A DNA stretch of 64,000 bases. Origin: Acidobacteriota bacterium (lineage in GTDB: Bacteria > Acidobacteriota > Vicinamibacteria > Vicinamibacterales > UBA2999). Under the pieces are notes generated by a model, which was not told the origin of the DNA, made no database searches, and was given only the letters and a program-made list of their open reading frames with translations. The translations under genes and the position numbers were made by a program. Within the stretch, counting starts at the first letter, position 1. Every line of letters starts with the position of its first letter. Of the stretch, positions 36,086 through 45,186 are shown in pieces. The DNA lies in NCBI GenBank assembly GCA_046726375.1, contig JBKPAJ010000065.1, positions 6,724 through 70,723 on the forward strand, in the 5' to 3' direction.

Positions 36086-37726
36086 TTAGGGCGACAACAG
36101 GGCGATCACCGCGCGCGCCGCGTCGGTCAGCGCCTGCCCTTGAATCGCGGTCAGACGCCGGGAATGAACCAACGCGTTCACTTCATTGATGAACGCGGAG
36201 AGCTGGTTTTCGGCCAGTGCCCTCTTGTCCGCTTCGAGCGCGGCGCGCGCGGCGTTAAGCTTCGCGACCAGCGACGAGGCGGACCCGGTGTGCAGCGCGC
36301 CTGACACGGACAACCCATTCACATCCTCAATGAGTACATCGAGGAGTGCCAGCGGGTCGGCTGGGACTGTTTCGGCGCTGTAGCGGGCGATGCCAAAATC
36401 GGCGTCCGTCTCGGGCGGCCCGCCCGCCTGACCGACGGCGATGAGACGGCCGTCCGGCTGCACCGCCACCCCATGGGCCCGATCGACGCTGCCGCCGGCC
36501 GCAAAATCGGTCCTGATAATTCCGCCAATGCCGAAGGTCGGATCACGCGTGCCATCCATCGATCGCTGGAGCAGGAAGTCTTCGTCGAGGTTGGTTGGAT
36601 CCAATGGATCGTGCCGGGTGGACCCGATGACCAGGAACGCGCCATCGGGCACGATCACGATCTTTGTGATCGTCTGATACGGGAGGACTGACAGAGGAGC
36701 GACTACGACGCCACCGGAGCCGAATTCAGGATCCGGTGTGCCGTCCGGGTTGAACCGCGCCACCACGCGCTGAGAGAGTGACCCAGTGGCGGCGGCGCCG
36801 GCGAGAATGTCTCCGTCGGGCTGGAGTGCAACCGCGTTGGCCTCGCTGCTGTCGCCGAGCGGCACCGTAGCGATCCCGTCCGTGCCGAACGACGTGTCGA
36901 GCGTACCATCGGCATTCACGCGAGCCACCATGAAGACGCTGATCGGGATGAACGGGTTGAGAGGGTCAACCCTCTGGGCGCCCGCAAGGATGATCTTGCC
37001 GTCCGGCTGCAGCGTGGCATCGCTGACCCGCCACGTTCTCAGAGGCCAGTGGAACGTACCGTCGGTGCTGCCATCCGGGTTGAACCTCGCGATCCAGACT
37101 TGACTGAGACAGGGGAACCTGCAGCCGATGTAAATCGGCTGAACCATTCCAATCAGTAGCACCTTTCCGTCCCCTGAAGGAGCACACGCGACAGCGACAC
37201 GGGAACGGAGTTCGACGGGATGAACACCGTGCCACCAGTACCGAACGCCTGGTCGAGCATGCCATCCGCCGAAAGCCGCGCGCCCGTAATGTGCCGCAGC
37301 GCGGGAAAGAAGGACGTCGTCACCACGCCGCCGACAATGATTTTGCCGTCCGGCTGAATGACAACATCGCGGGCACCGTCGCTCGGTTTCAATGCCTGGA
37401 AGGCTGGGTCCAAACAACAGCGTCTTCCCTGCGCTGCCGAACATAGGATCGAGCAACCCCGTGGATGTCAAACGAATGACCGCGAAAGGCCCCTTGCTTT
37501 CGCCGGCAATGACAATGCGCCCATCGTCCTGGACGGCCACGGCGTAGGCGACGTCTCTGGTCGGCAGCGTTTCGGTGGACGCGAGATCGACGGTGACTTT
37601 GCCGGCCGCCCCAAATGTCGGATCGAGACCGGCATTGATGGTGTCGGCCTGGATCGCCGCCGCCGTCAGCAGCGCGGTCGCCAGACTCACAAGACGCAGC
37701 AGCCGGTGCGAGAGTGCGGGTCGCAT
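36086..37726 (-). CDS. secreted delta-60-repeat beta-propeller protein with C-terminal helical domain; internal compensated frameshift suspected
   Basis: Signal peptide LRLVSLATALLTAAAIQA. Repeated units such as ARFNPDGSTDGTF, VNADGTLDTSFGTDG and RFNPDGTPDPEFGSGG. Between about 37190 and 37425 the repeat pattern (LDPAFQ...VVIQPDGKIIVGG...LSADGMLDQAFGTGG) is found in another frame (track ORF 37153-37413). Confidence 0.65.
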   Translation of the reverse strand: MRPALSHRLLRLVSLATALLTAAAIQADTINAGLDPTFGAAGKVTVDLASTETLPTRDVAYAVAVQDDGRIVIAGESKGPFAVIRLTSTGLLDPMFGSAGKTLLFGPSLPGIETERRCPRCCHSAGRQNHCRRRGDDVLLSRAAAHYGRAAFGGWHARPGVRYWWHGVHPVELRSRVAVACAPSGDGKVLLIGMVQPIYIGCRFPCLSQVWIARFNPDGSTDGTFHWPLRTWRVSDATLQPDGKIILAGAQRVDPLNPFIPISVFMVARVNADGTLDTSFGTDGIATVPLGDSSEANAVALQPDGDILAGAAATGSLSQRVVARFNPDGTPDPEFGSGGVVVAPLSVLPYQTITKIVIVPDGAFLVIGSTRHDPLDPTNLDEDFLLQRSMDGTRDPTFGIGGIIRTDFAAGGSVDRAHGVAVQPDGRLIAVGQAGGPPETDADFGIARYSAETVPADPLALLDVLIEDVNGLSVSGALHTGSASSLVAKLNAARAALEADKRALAENQLSAFINEVNALVHSRRLTAIQGQALTDAARAVIALLSP

Positions 37727-37781
37727 GAGAACCCTGCGCAGTGACGAATGCAGCAGTTTGCGTGGACGTCGGGATCAGGAT

Positions 37782-38107
37782 GCTAGCATGTCGATGGCGC
37801 GCTGGCGGCGTCAATGAGCGGTTGCGCGTGCGCCGACGTCAGGCGACGCGAGCGCACCAGGGCGTTCACTTCATTGACGAACGCCGACAGCTTCTTCACG
37901 GCCGGACCGTGCTTGTCCGCTTCCACCTGGCGGGCGTGCCGCCTCAAGCTTCGCGACCAGCGACCAGGCGGAGCCGGCGTGCAGCGCCCCCGACGCGGAC
38001 AACGTGTTCACATCGCGGATCAGCACGTCGATGGCCGCCAGAGATGCATCAGGGAAGGCCGACAAGCGGTGCGACCACCCAAGCCGCGCTGCGCCTGTCT
38101 GCGTCAC
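37782..38107 (-). pseudogene. orphan diverged copy of the C-terminal helical domain of the neighbouring delta-60 protein, one frameshift
   Basis: AAIDVLIRDVNTLSASGALHAGSAWSLVAKLEAAR / HARQVEADKHGPAVKKLSAFVNEVNALVRSRRLT parallels LLDVLIEDVNGLSVSGALHTGSASSLVAKLNAARAALEADKRALAENQLSAFINEVNALVHSRRLT (36100-36380). The propeller part is absent. Confidence 0.6.
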
Positions 38108-38225
38108 GCTGGAGGTCAGAACGATGAGCTAGCGAGTACGAGTGGAACCCTGGGGTTCGTCTGACACCATTCGGCGCCTGCGCGCCAGAACATTTGCGCA
38201 ATCAATAGCTAGCGAGTATCGAGGC

Positions 38226-38301
38226 GCACAGAGTTGCAGAACATCGGAGAAAGGTGCACTTGGGCGCAGGGGGTCGCTGGTTCGAATCTCTGCGCGACTC
38301 C
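38226..38301 (+). repeat. tRNA-Pro-like 3' fragment repeat, copy 2 (chimeric; diverges after the T-loop)
   Basis: 38255-38287 (GCACTTGGGCGCAGGGGGTCGCTGGTTCGAATC) is identical to copy 1 from the anticodon loop to the T-loop. It then continues CTCTGCGCGACTCCA, a different acceptor-like end that no longer pairs with the T-stem. Confidence 0.55.
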
Positions 38302-38364
38302 AATTCGCTAAGATATCCTCGCCCGTGATGCTCACGGCTTCGCTGTTGCCCCCGACTTGCCAGA

Positions 38365-39315
38365 ATGGATCTCGATCTCAGTGTCAGGCGCATAGAGGAG
38401 GCCACTCGTACGATCGATCCGGTCTTCTTGAACACGCCGCAGTACGCCGACGAGCAGCTCAACGCCGCGCTTGCCCGCAACGTCGTCGTGAAGGTCGAGA
38501 CCGCCAACCCCCTGCGGAGTTTCAAGGGGCGCGGCGCGGACTTCTTCATGGGACGAGTCGATCCGGGCTCGACGGTGGTGTGTTCATCGACGGGCAACTT
38601 CGGGCAGGCGATGGCCTATGCCGGCCGGCGCCGTGGCATTGCCGTGGAGGTGTTCGTCCCGGAGAATGTGAATCCCGTCAAGCTCGCTCGGATGCGAGCC
38701 TTCGGCGCGCGCGTCACGCCCGTGGGCGCCGATTCGGCAGCCAGCGAAGCGGTCGCCCGCGACTACGTCGCGGGGAGAGAGGGCTGCGTGTACGTCGAAG
38801 ACGGGAAGGAGATGGCGATCGCCGAGGGAGCCGGCACCATCGGCGTTGAGCTGATCCAGGCTGGCCCGTTCGACGCGGTGGTGCTACCCGTCGGGGACGG
38901 TGCGCTGATCACAGGCGTCGCGCGCTGGATCAAAGATTGTGCGCCTCAGACCCGCATCATTGGGGTGTGCGCCAGCGGCGCGCCATGCATGGCCCTGAGC
39001 TGGCGAGCAAGAAAGCCTGTATCGACCGAACGTTCGGACACAATCGCAGAAGGCATCGAGGTCCGCGTGCCGGTGCCGGAATCGGTGGTCCGTCTCGTGG
39101 CGCTGGTCGACGACATGGTCCTTGTCGACGACAGGGACCTGCTCGAGGCGATGCAGCTTTCGGTTCAGACCTTGGGGCTCCTGTTGGAACCGTCGGGAGC
39201 GGCGGGGCTTGCCGCCATTCGGGTTCACAATCTAGCGGGCGATCGGTTGGCCACGGTTTTGACGGGGAGCAACCTCCGGCCTGAGCACCTTCACGGCCTG
39301 AGCACGAAGCCTTAG
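38365..39315 (+). CDS. PLP-dependent threonine/serine dehydratase-family enzyme
   Basis: The PLP-lysine motif ETANPLRSFKGRGA, STGNFGQAMAY, and the Gly-rich loop PVGDGALITG fit a fold-type II PLP enzyme. Confidence 0.85.
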   Translation: MDLDLSVRRIEEATRTIDPVFLNTPQYADEQLNAALARNVVVKVETANPLRSFKGRGADFFMGRVDPGSTVVCSSTGNFGQAMAYAGRRRGIAVEVFVPENVNPVKLARMRAFGARVTPVGADSAASEAVARDYVAGREGCVYVEDGKEMAIAEGAGTIGVELIQAGPFDAVVLPVGDGALITGVARWIKDCAPQTRIIGVCASGAPCMALSWRARKPVSTERSDTIAEGIEVRVPVPESVVRLVALVDDMVLVDDRDLLEAMQLSVQTLGLLLEPSGAAGLAAIRVHNLAGDRLATVLTGSNLRPEHLHGLSTKP

Positions 39316-39399
39316 GGGCCCGTCAAGTCACTCACAATCGTCCGGGGCTGCCGGCAACTGGAACCAATCCGCCCCGCTTCGTGAGCGTCTGTTCGCTGA

Positions 39400-39610
39400 G
39401 GTCCGGCACATGTCGGCCCCTGCGCTTTTCATTCATGCGGAGAACGACTACTCGACGGCACCGGGAACAACGCTCGCGCCTGAGATGAAGCACCTAGGGG
39501 AACTCACGCGTTGAGCATCTACGCGCCGTTCGGTGCGAACACCTCCGCCGCTGAATACCGTTATGTCTTCGGTGGTGTGGTTGACATTTCCACGTCACCA
39601 AGCCGCTCGC
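39400..39610 (+). pseudogene. dienelactone-hydrolase-family C-terminal remnant, frameshifted
   Basis: PALFIHAENDYSTAPGTTLAPEMKHLG, then in another frame LSIYAPFGANTSAAEYRYVFGG. Only the last roughly 60 residues of the family are present. Confidence 0.4.
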
Positions 39611-39613
39611 AGT

Positions 39614-40372
39614 TTAGTGGCTTGTCTGACGCCGTCTGCGCCATGTGAGTCGATAGATCGCGTAGACGCCAGGAATCATCGGGAGCACAGCTGTGTACAG
39701 TCCAGGAAAGTAGTAGGTCCCTGTCGCCCCGACCCAATAGTTCGGCATGTCGCCGACCAGTCGCCCGTTCGACACGTAGGCGCTGATGTTCGTCGTCACC
39801 GTGGGACTCAACGCCGGCGTCAGCAGCGGGAAGATGAAGTGCGTGAATTCAGCGACGCCCGGGCCTATGAAGATGAACCACGCCATGAACCCCGCGATTG
39901 GGATCCGGTAATACAATCCGATCGCGGTTAATGCGTACAGCGACGGCCCAAGAAACGCGAAGATCAGCAGGAACGACCGCTCGGTCCATGAGATGTCGAA
40001 CAGTCGACTCATTGCCGGTCCGAATCCCGTCAGGTATTCCTCGGCCATATGCACGTCGAGCGCCGCGACCGTCAGAAGGAACAACGGCAGAATCGCCGAC
40101 GGATCCGTCGGCGATCGCAAGTACGTGTGCCACCAGATAGCCAGGGCGATCAGGCCCGACCCTCCGACGATGACGACGGGCGGCAATCCGATATTGACGA
40201 AGCCGGCCCACATCGCGAGGAGCACGAACGCCACGGCACCCACGGTGTTCAAGACGCGTGTCCGAGGTCGTGTCTCGCGCTGGGTGCGGTAGTCACTCGG
40301 CTCTACCTGGACGGCGCCTCGTGCGGGAGAACTCACGGTTAGCGGCTCGCGCTCTTGCAGGTGCGTTGTCAT
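39614..40372 (-). CDS. HXXEE-domain membrane protein
   Basis: A polytopic membrane protein with the HMAEE motif (LDVHMAEEYLTGF). 252 aa. Confidence 0.7.
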   Translation of the reverse strand: MTTHLQEREPLTVSSPARGAVQVEPSDYRTQRETRPRTRVLNTVGAVAFVLLAMWAGFVNIGLPPVVIVGGSGLIALAIWWHTYLRSPTDPSAILPLFLLTVAALDVHMAEEYLTGFGPAMSRLFDISWTERSFLLIFAFLGPSLYALTAIGLYYRIPIAGFMAWFIFIGPGVAEFTHFIFPLLTPALSPTVTTNISAYVSNGRLVGDMPNYWVGATGTYYFPGLYTAVLPMIPGVYAIYRLTWRRRRQTSH

Positions 40373-40526
40373 CTCCCTCGTCCTTTCCCGAGAAATGTGG
40401 GAGTTCCCCTCAGGACTTCACCATGCGTCAGAGCAAAGCGAGCGCCACACGCGCGCGCGAGGCATTGGGCGGTCAATCCGTGCGGCCTGCGTTCAGGAGC
40501 GTGTGCACGCGTGATCACTGTGCACC

Positions 40527-40557
<31 letters not shown>

Positions 40558-40699
40558 TTCGAGCGGGAAGATAAGCGCGCCGGCTCGCTGACAGCCCTCG
40601 CCGCGTGGTTTCCCGCGGTCCTTCTCTTGCGTGCTCGATGTGACCGACTACCGCTTCCGCTGAGCACACCGCCTGAGGACCGGGATATGGACCTGATCT

Positions 40700-41130
40700 T
40701 CCCGTGCGCGAGCACAGGTTCCCGCTCGAATTCGTGGAAATCCCCGTTCGAGACTTCCACGCTACCAGCCCTCCGCCTGTCTCATCGGGCAGGGGGGCGC
40801 CGACGCTGCTGATCATCGGTGACGGAGATACCGGACGCGAGGACGTATTTCATCTGATCGGGGTGGGCGCCTGGCAACGTGGATGCACCACCGTCATGGT
40901 CGACCTCCCAGGGCACAGATCGACCCCGCTCCGGCGGACTGCACTTTGCGACCGAGACCGAACGACCGATCAGCCCAATCGTTTTAGCGGGCGATCGTCC
41001 GCAGCTCAACCGACACTTGCTCGGCCGGGCATGGTCTCCGAGTTACGTCAAACGGTGGGCGCCGGTCGCCTTCGGCGTTCGCACTTCCGGCGCCACTCAG
41101 GCGGGAACACTCGAAGGATCGGACTGAGCA
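40700..41130 (+). pseudogene. alpha/beta hydrolase remnant, frameshifted
   Basis: FVEIPVRDFHA...PTLLIIGDGDTGREDVFHLIGVGAWQRGCTTVMVDLPG, then the shifted GLHFATETERPISPIVLAG...LLGRAWSPSY. This is the order of an esterase core, but it lacks an intact frame or nucleophile elbow. Confidence 0.35.
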
Positions 41131-41839
41131 TCAATGCGCAGTGCGTATGCGCCCAGGCTCACGCCTGACACATGCCGCCGAGCCCGTCTGCGACGCGCAG
41201 CGAGGCTGCCCAGATTTTCGCCACGAGCCAATGTCGGAAACGTGGCGTGCCTGTTGCCTCGCCGTGAATCAACCGTAGGAGAGGTCGCCAGTGCAACCAC
41301 CCGGCGTAGCCGGCTCGCGCGCGGAGCGACGCGCCGCTCGGCGTGTTGGTGTTCCCCTGATCATAGGTGCGTCGCTCCGAACGGTTTCGTCGGGTGGATG
41401 CGACGACCCCAAGGAGAAGCGCAAGCACGTGATGCCAGTCGGCGCCGACGAGTCCCGAGCGCATGAAGCAGATGCGTGCGCGCTCATGGAGAAAGTGACG
41501 GAACCGCCCGCCTCGCTCACCATCAGCGAAGGCGAGGGGACCGTCACGTTCACCGAACCGGACGGCCGCTCGCGCACGTATCGCACGGATGGCCGCAAGG
41601 AGACGCATCAGGCCCGCGAACGCGACCGTCGAGACGCGCACGCGCTGAAAAGAAGGTGGCCTGGTCATCGAATCCGAACTCGGCGGCCTGAAGGCCGTCC
41701 ATGCCTACCGCCGTCTCCGCCGATCCGCGCCAGCTCGTCGTTCTCCTGAAAATAGAGGGCGGGCGCGGCGTCGGCAGCGCCAACCGCCGCGCGCCGTCTA
41801 CGACGACACGACCGCAGCCGCCCAGTCGCGGTGGGCCGA

Positions 41840-42325
41840 TCAGGCTGACGCGGGCGCAGCCGCCGCGGCCTCGGCGGCGCCTGGCTGATACGAGCCTACC
41901 TCCGCGCGGAACGGGATCGCGAGGCGGTTCCAGCCGTTGATGGCGATGACGGCGAGCGTCAGGCCGACCAGCTCCGCTTCGGTGAAGTGCTCACGCGTGC
42001 GGGCGTAGAGCTCGTCCGGGACGTGGTGGGACGCGATCAGCGTCAGCGTCTCGGCCCACTCCAGCGCGGCACGCTCGCGGGGCGTGTAGAACGGCGTCTC
42101 CTGCCACGCCGACAAGCCGTACAGGCGCTGCTCGGTCTCGCCTTCCGCACGCGCATCCTTCGTGTGCATGTCGACGCAATACGCGCAGCCGTTGATCTGC
42201 GACACGCGCGTTTTGATCAGGTGCAGCAGCTTCCGCTCGATGCCGCGCTCGCGCGCGATCCGCTCTAAGCCATACATGGCCTTCAAAGCATCGGGGTACC
42301 TCGTCACGTCGATTCGTGTTGCCAT
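41840..42325 (-). CDS. carboxymuconolactone decarboxylase (AhpD-like) family protein
   Basis: LIKTRVSQINGCAYCVDMHTKDARAEGETEQRLYGLSAWQETPFYTPRERAALEWAETLT is the CMD domain with the CxxC motif. Confidence 0.85.
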   Translation of the reverse strand: MATRIDVTRYPDALKAMYGLERIARERGIERKLLHLIKTRVSQINGCAYCVDMHTKDARAEGETEQRLYGLSAWQETPFYTPRERAALEWAETLTLIASHHVPDELYARTREHFTEAELVGLTLAVIAINGWNRLAIPFRAEVGSYQPGAAEAAAAAPASA

Positions 42326-42381
42326 GATGATGAGTCCTCCGCTCAGCGGCCGGGCGTCGTGCCCGGCGGCCTACCCAACAA

Positions 42382-42408
42382 GACGAGCGTGTGATGCTGG
42401 CGTGACAA
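42382..42408 (-). promoter_or_regulatory. candidate orphan ECF41-type promoter (TGTCACg-N15-CGTC) upstream of the CMD gene
   Basis: The minus strand reads TTGTCACGCCAGCATCACACGCTCGTC. The -35-like TGTCAC and -10-like CGTC sit one nt closer than in the other copies, about 56 nt upstream of ATG 42325. Confidence 0.4.
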
Positions 42409-42939
42409 CCGCTGCAGGCGACGCCCGCGACACACGTCGATTCAGCATCGATCCGAGATCCGGCACGCATCAATCATGCCGGCCTGGGGCTACACGGATC
42501 CGCACTCCGCTGTAGTGCTGCAGGCACCACATCGCGTTCCGGAGATCGGGAAAGCGTCGGCCATCGATTCGCGGTTCCATGACCACTTCCTTTCTGGTGG
42601 GCGACGAGTGGCGAGTGCTCAACCGTCGTCATTTCGATTGAACAGGATGATCAATGGTCAGTGCAAGACGTCATCAATCTTGCCAGGGACGCGGCCGCAC
42701 TTCCCGAAGCACGATAGAGTCGCGTGACTTGACCGGTGAGGTTGGCTTCGACGCGAGTACGATCAACCTTTATCATGGCGATCCTTCTCCGAAACGCTCA
42801 CCGATTCCACTTTCGATGTTCACTCGCTTCTGCTCGAGCATATGCTTTCGGGCCTTTGCGAATTCCCGCACCAGCTCCGCCCCACGCGATCTGGCGTAGC
42901 GCAGCAGAAACTTGAGGTTTCGTGCTTTGCCGGTCTGAG

Positions 42940-43140
42940 TGTTGTTGAACGACGCGATTTCCCAGCCGCTGTCTCGTTGATCACGACCATCGTCATCAGG
43001 CCGTTAGGCGCGACATCGGTTTCCGTCTCTCCAGCGAAGAGAACGGCTCCGCTCGCGTGGACAAGGACCACATCCGACGTCAGCGCCTGCAGTTCCATGG
43101 TGTAGCGGCGACCGACGCGCGTGTTTTTGAAGAATGTGTC
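42940..43140 (-). pseudogene. SnoaL/SgcJ-like (DUF4440-type) C-terminal remnant, frameshifted
   Basis: YTMELQALTSDVVLVHASGAVLFAGETETDVAPNGLMTMVVINETAAG, then in another frame WEIASFNNTQT. The N-terminal half is missing, and it abuts the methyltransferase stop. Confidence 0.35.
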
Positions 43141-43149
43141 GAAGATCTT

Positions 43150-43812
43150 TCAGGTTGTTTTCGTCATCCACAGCTCGCAGCCGATGCCGTTGACCGCGAT
43201 GTCGCCACGGCCGAACCGACTGCGTTTGGCCATCTCGGCAAGTTGTTCGTGCGTGTACGCGAGCTTCAGCAGCATGAACCGGAACGTCCACCGCGTCAGA
43301 TGCTCGTTCAATCGAGACAGGTGCATGTTGCGCACCTCCGCATCGATCTCCTCGGGTGTGGCGTTCTTCCTCAAGTCGAAGATGGACGCTTGCCCTCCCG
43401 GTCTCAGGACGCGGTGCATTTCGTTAATCGCGCCCAGCGGATCGGTGAAGTTCTTGAACGCCGCCACGCAGACCGCATAATCGAACCACGCGTCTGCGAA
43501 CGGCAGGTGTGCAGCATCTCCGTGCCGCACGTCGACGGATACACCCGCACGGATGGCGTTTTCCTGGGCGATGCGTACGAATGACTTGCTGATGTCCAGC
43601 GTGGTGACCGAATACCCACGCTTGGCGAGCTCGATGGCAAGGTAGCCGGGTCCGGGTGCGACCTCGAGCACGCGTGCGCCCGATGACAATCGTCGCGCCA
43701 CGAGCGTGGCCGTGTCCTCGAAGCGCCTTCGTTCCCGACCAGTGTTGCGCGTGTACCACGTCGCAATGACACCCTCCATCGGCAGCCCTTTGTAGGCCTT
43801 TGCCGTCTTCAC
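43150..43812 (-). CDS. class I SAM-dependent methyltransferase
   Basis: GAGGAGG lies 5 nt before GTG 43812, which I prefer to the TTG at 43836. Motif I VLEVAPGPGYLAIELA, then VLRPGGQASIFD. Confidence 0.85.
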   Translation of the reverse strand: MKTAKAYKGLPMEGVIATWYTRNTGRERRRFEDTATLVARRLSSGARVLEVAPGPGYLAIELAKRGYSVTTLDISKSFVRIAQENAIRAGVSVDVRHGDAAHLPFADAWFDYAVCVAAFKNFTDPLGAINEMHRVLRPGGQASIFDLRKNATPEEIDAEVRNMHLSRLNEHLTRWTFRFMLLKLAYTHEQLAEMAKRSRFGRGDIAVNGIGCELWMTKTT

Positions 43813-43830
43813 ACGGACCTCCTCTTGTAT

Positions 43831-43862
43831 TAACAATGGTCGCTAATTAGCTAACATTGTTA
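43831..43862. promoter_or_regulatory. 32-bp nested palindrome, probable TetR operator in the divergent promoter region
   Basis: TAACAATG gtc GCTAATTAGC taa CATTGTTA lies between the methyltransferase start (43812) and the TetR start (43908). Confidence 0.55.
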
Positions 43863-43907
43863 GCTTACGGCCAACGGCGTTGTCATGTCAACCGCGAGGT
43901 TGCTACG

Positions 43908-44678
43908 ATGGATCCGACTCAATCGATGACTCTCGTTCCCCTTCGCAAGACGGAGCGCCGGCGCAAGCGCCGGCCCCTCGATCAGGCTCAGGTCGTTCGC
44001 GCGGCGCTTGGGCTGCTTGACGAGGTCGGACTCGACGACCTGACCATGCGCCGGTTGGCCGAGCATCTGGGCGTTAAGGCCGCGTCCCTGTACCGACACG
44101 TCCACAACAAGAGCGAACTGCTCGCGCTGCTCGGCGACGAAATCAGCGGCGAGATTCCGGTAGCGCGCGCGTCCGGCAGTTGGCAGGCACAGTTGAAGGA
44201 GATGGCGTGGAACGTACGGCGAGGCCTGCTTGCGCATCGCGACGCCGCGCGGGTCCTGGCGAATTCACCACCAGTCGGACCCCGGCGGCTGAAGCACATC
44301 GAGGCCGTGCTACGGATTCTGCGTACGGCAGGTCTCGCCGATCGGGATGCGGCGCGCGCGGCATATCACCTGAACAACTTCGTGACGGAGTTCGCGGCGG
44401 ACGAGGCCAGATTTGCGGCCTACGCCTCGGCGCCCGGGTTCAGCCGCCGCAAGCTTCTCGTCGACGCGCGCAAACACTTCGCGTCGCTATCGAAGGACGA
44501 GTACCCGACGATTGTGGCGCTCGCCGATCACCTCACGGAAGATGCGCAGGACGAGCTCTTTCAATTCGGCGTAGACATGTGCCTGCGTGGGATCCAGGCG
44601 CTTTCCGCGCACGACCTCCAGGCAAGGAGTGGTCGTGGGTCGTCCGCACGCACGGCCGCCGACACCCAACGTCGGTAA
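43908..44678 (+). CDS. TetR/AcrR-family transcriptional regulator (TetR_C-type ligand domain)
   Basis: VVRAALGLLDEVGLDDLTMRRLAEHLGVKAASLYRHVHNKSELL is the TetR HTH. Confidence 0.9.
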   Translation: MDPTQSMTLVPLRKTERRRKRRPLDQAQVVRAALGLLDEVGLDDLTMRRLAEHLGVKAASLYRHVHNKSELLALLGDEISGEIPVARASGSWQAQLKEMAWNVRRGLLAHRDAARVLANSPPVGPRRLKHIEAVLRILRTAGLADRDAARAAYHLNNFVTEFAADEARFAAYASAPGFSRRKLLVDARKHFASLSKDEYPTIVALADHLTEDAQDELFQFGVDMCLRGIQALSAHDLQARSGRGSSARTAADTQRR

Positions 44679-44895
44679 CGGTTGAGCCGGAGTCCTGGAG
44701 TGGGACTGCGAACACTGATGCGCCGGTGATCGGGATCCGCAGCGTCGCGATACGACTCCTACTCCGTCCAAAGGAATCGACTACCGCGGCGGCGGGACGC
44801 CTGCCTGGCGCGGGCGCCCCCGAGTGGCACCTCGGGTTCCGCGGCCCGATGTCACGTCATTTGCTGCACGCCGGTGCGCCGAACCGGCACGAGGT

Positions 44896-45007
44896 CAACG
44901 ACTTGGCAGGAGTCAGCATTGCAGAGAGTTGTGGGAAATCGCATAATGCGCCACTTGGGCGCAGCGGGTCGCTGGTTCGAATCCAGTCGCCCCGACCACT
45001 TTCCGAG
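44896..45007 (+). repeat. tRNA-Pro-like 3' fragment repeat, copy 3 (no 5' half)
   Basis: 44954-44998 reads CTTGGGC GCAGC GGGTC GCTGG-TTCGAAT-CCAGT CGCCCCG A CCA. The upstream 58 nt and the downstream CTTTCCGAG are also shared with copy 1 (inverted). About 100 of 112 positions are identical by eye. Confidence 0.65.
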
Positions 45008-45186
45008 AGTTCGGGGTTCCACCGGGGTTCCGACGGCAAAAAATTCGGCGCCTGCACAAGCGGACCACTGCCCAAAACCACGACCTTGCCGCCCCTTTCT
45101 TGGCAGCAACGCTAAAGAAACCAACTCGTCTGTTCGGCAATTCGTTGAGGTCGTCATTGCTAGGCGTTCTGTACGAGGAGGAAGGC

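Noticed and set aside
42326-42820. Short minus-strand ORFs (MEPRIDGRRFPDLRNAMWCLQHYSGVRIRV…, and MIKVDRTRVEANLTGQVTRLYRASG…).
   Set aside because: They are 35-41 aa, interrupted by stops, with no identifiable domain. They are likely further remnants.
44880-45000. Intact tRNA gene (Pro or Lys) at any of the three tRNA-like sites.
   Set aside because: No CGGGGCG 5' acceptor strand, no D-arm, and the bases 5' of the anticodon loop do not pair with GCAG(G/C). An alternative fold giving anticodon CUU requires A33 and a 7-nt variable loop. I also found no 5' exon within about 400 nt that would support a group I intron.
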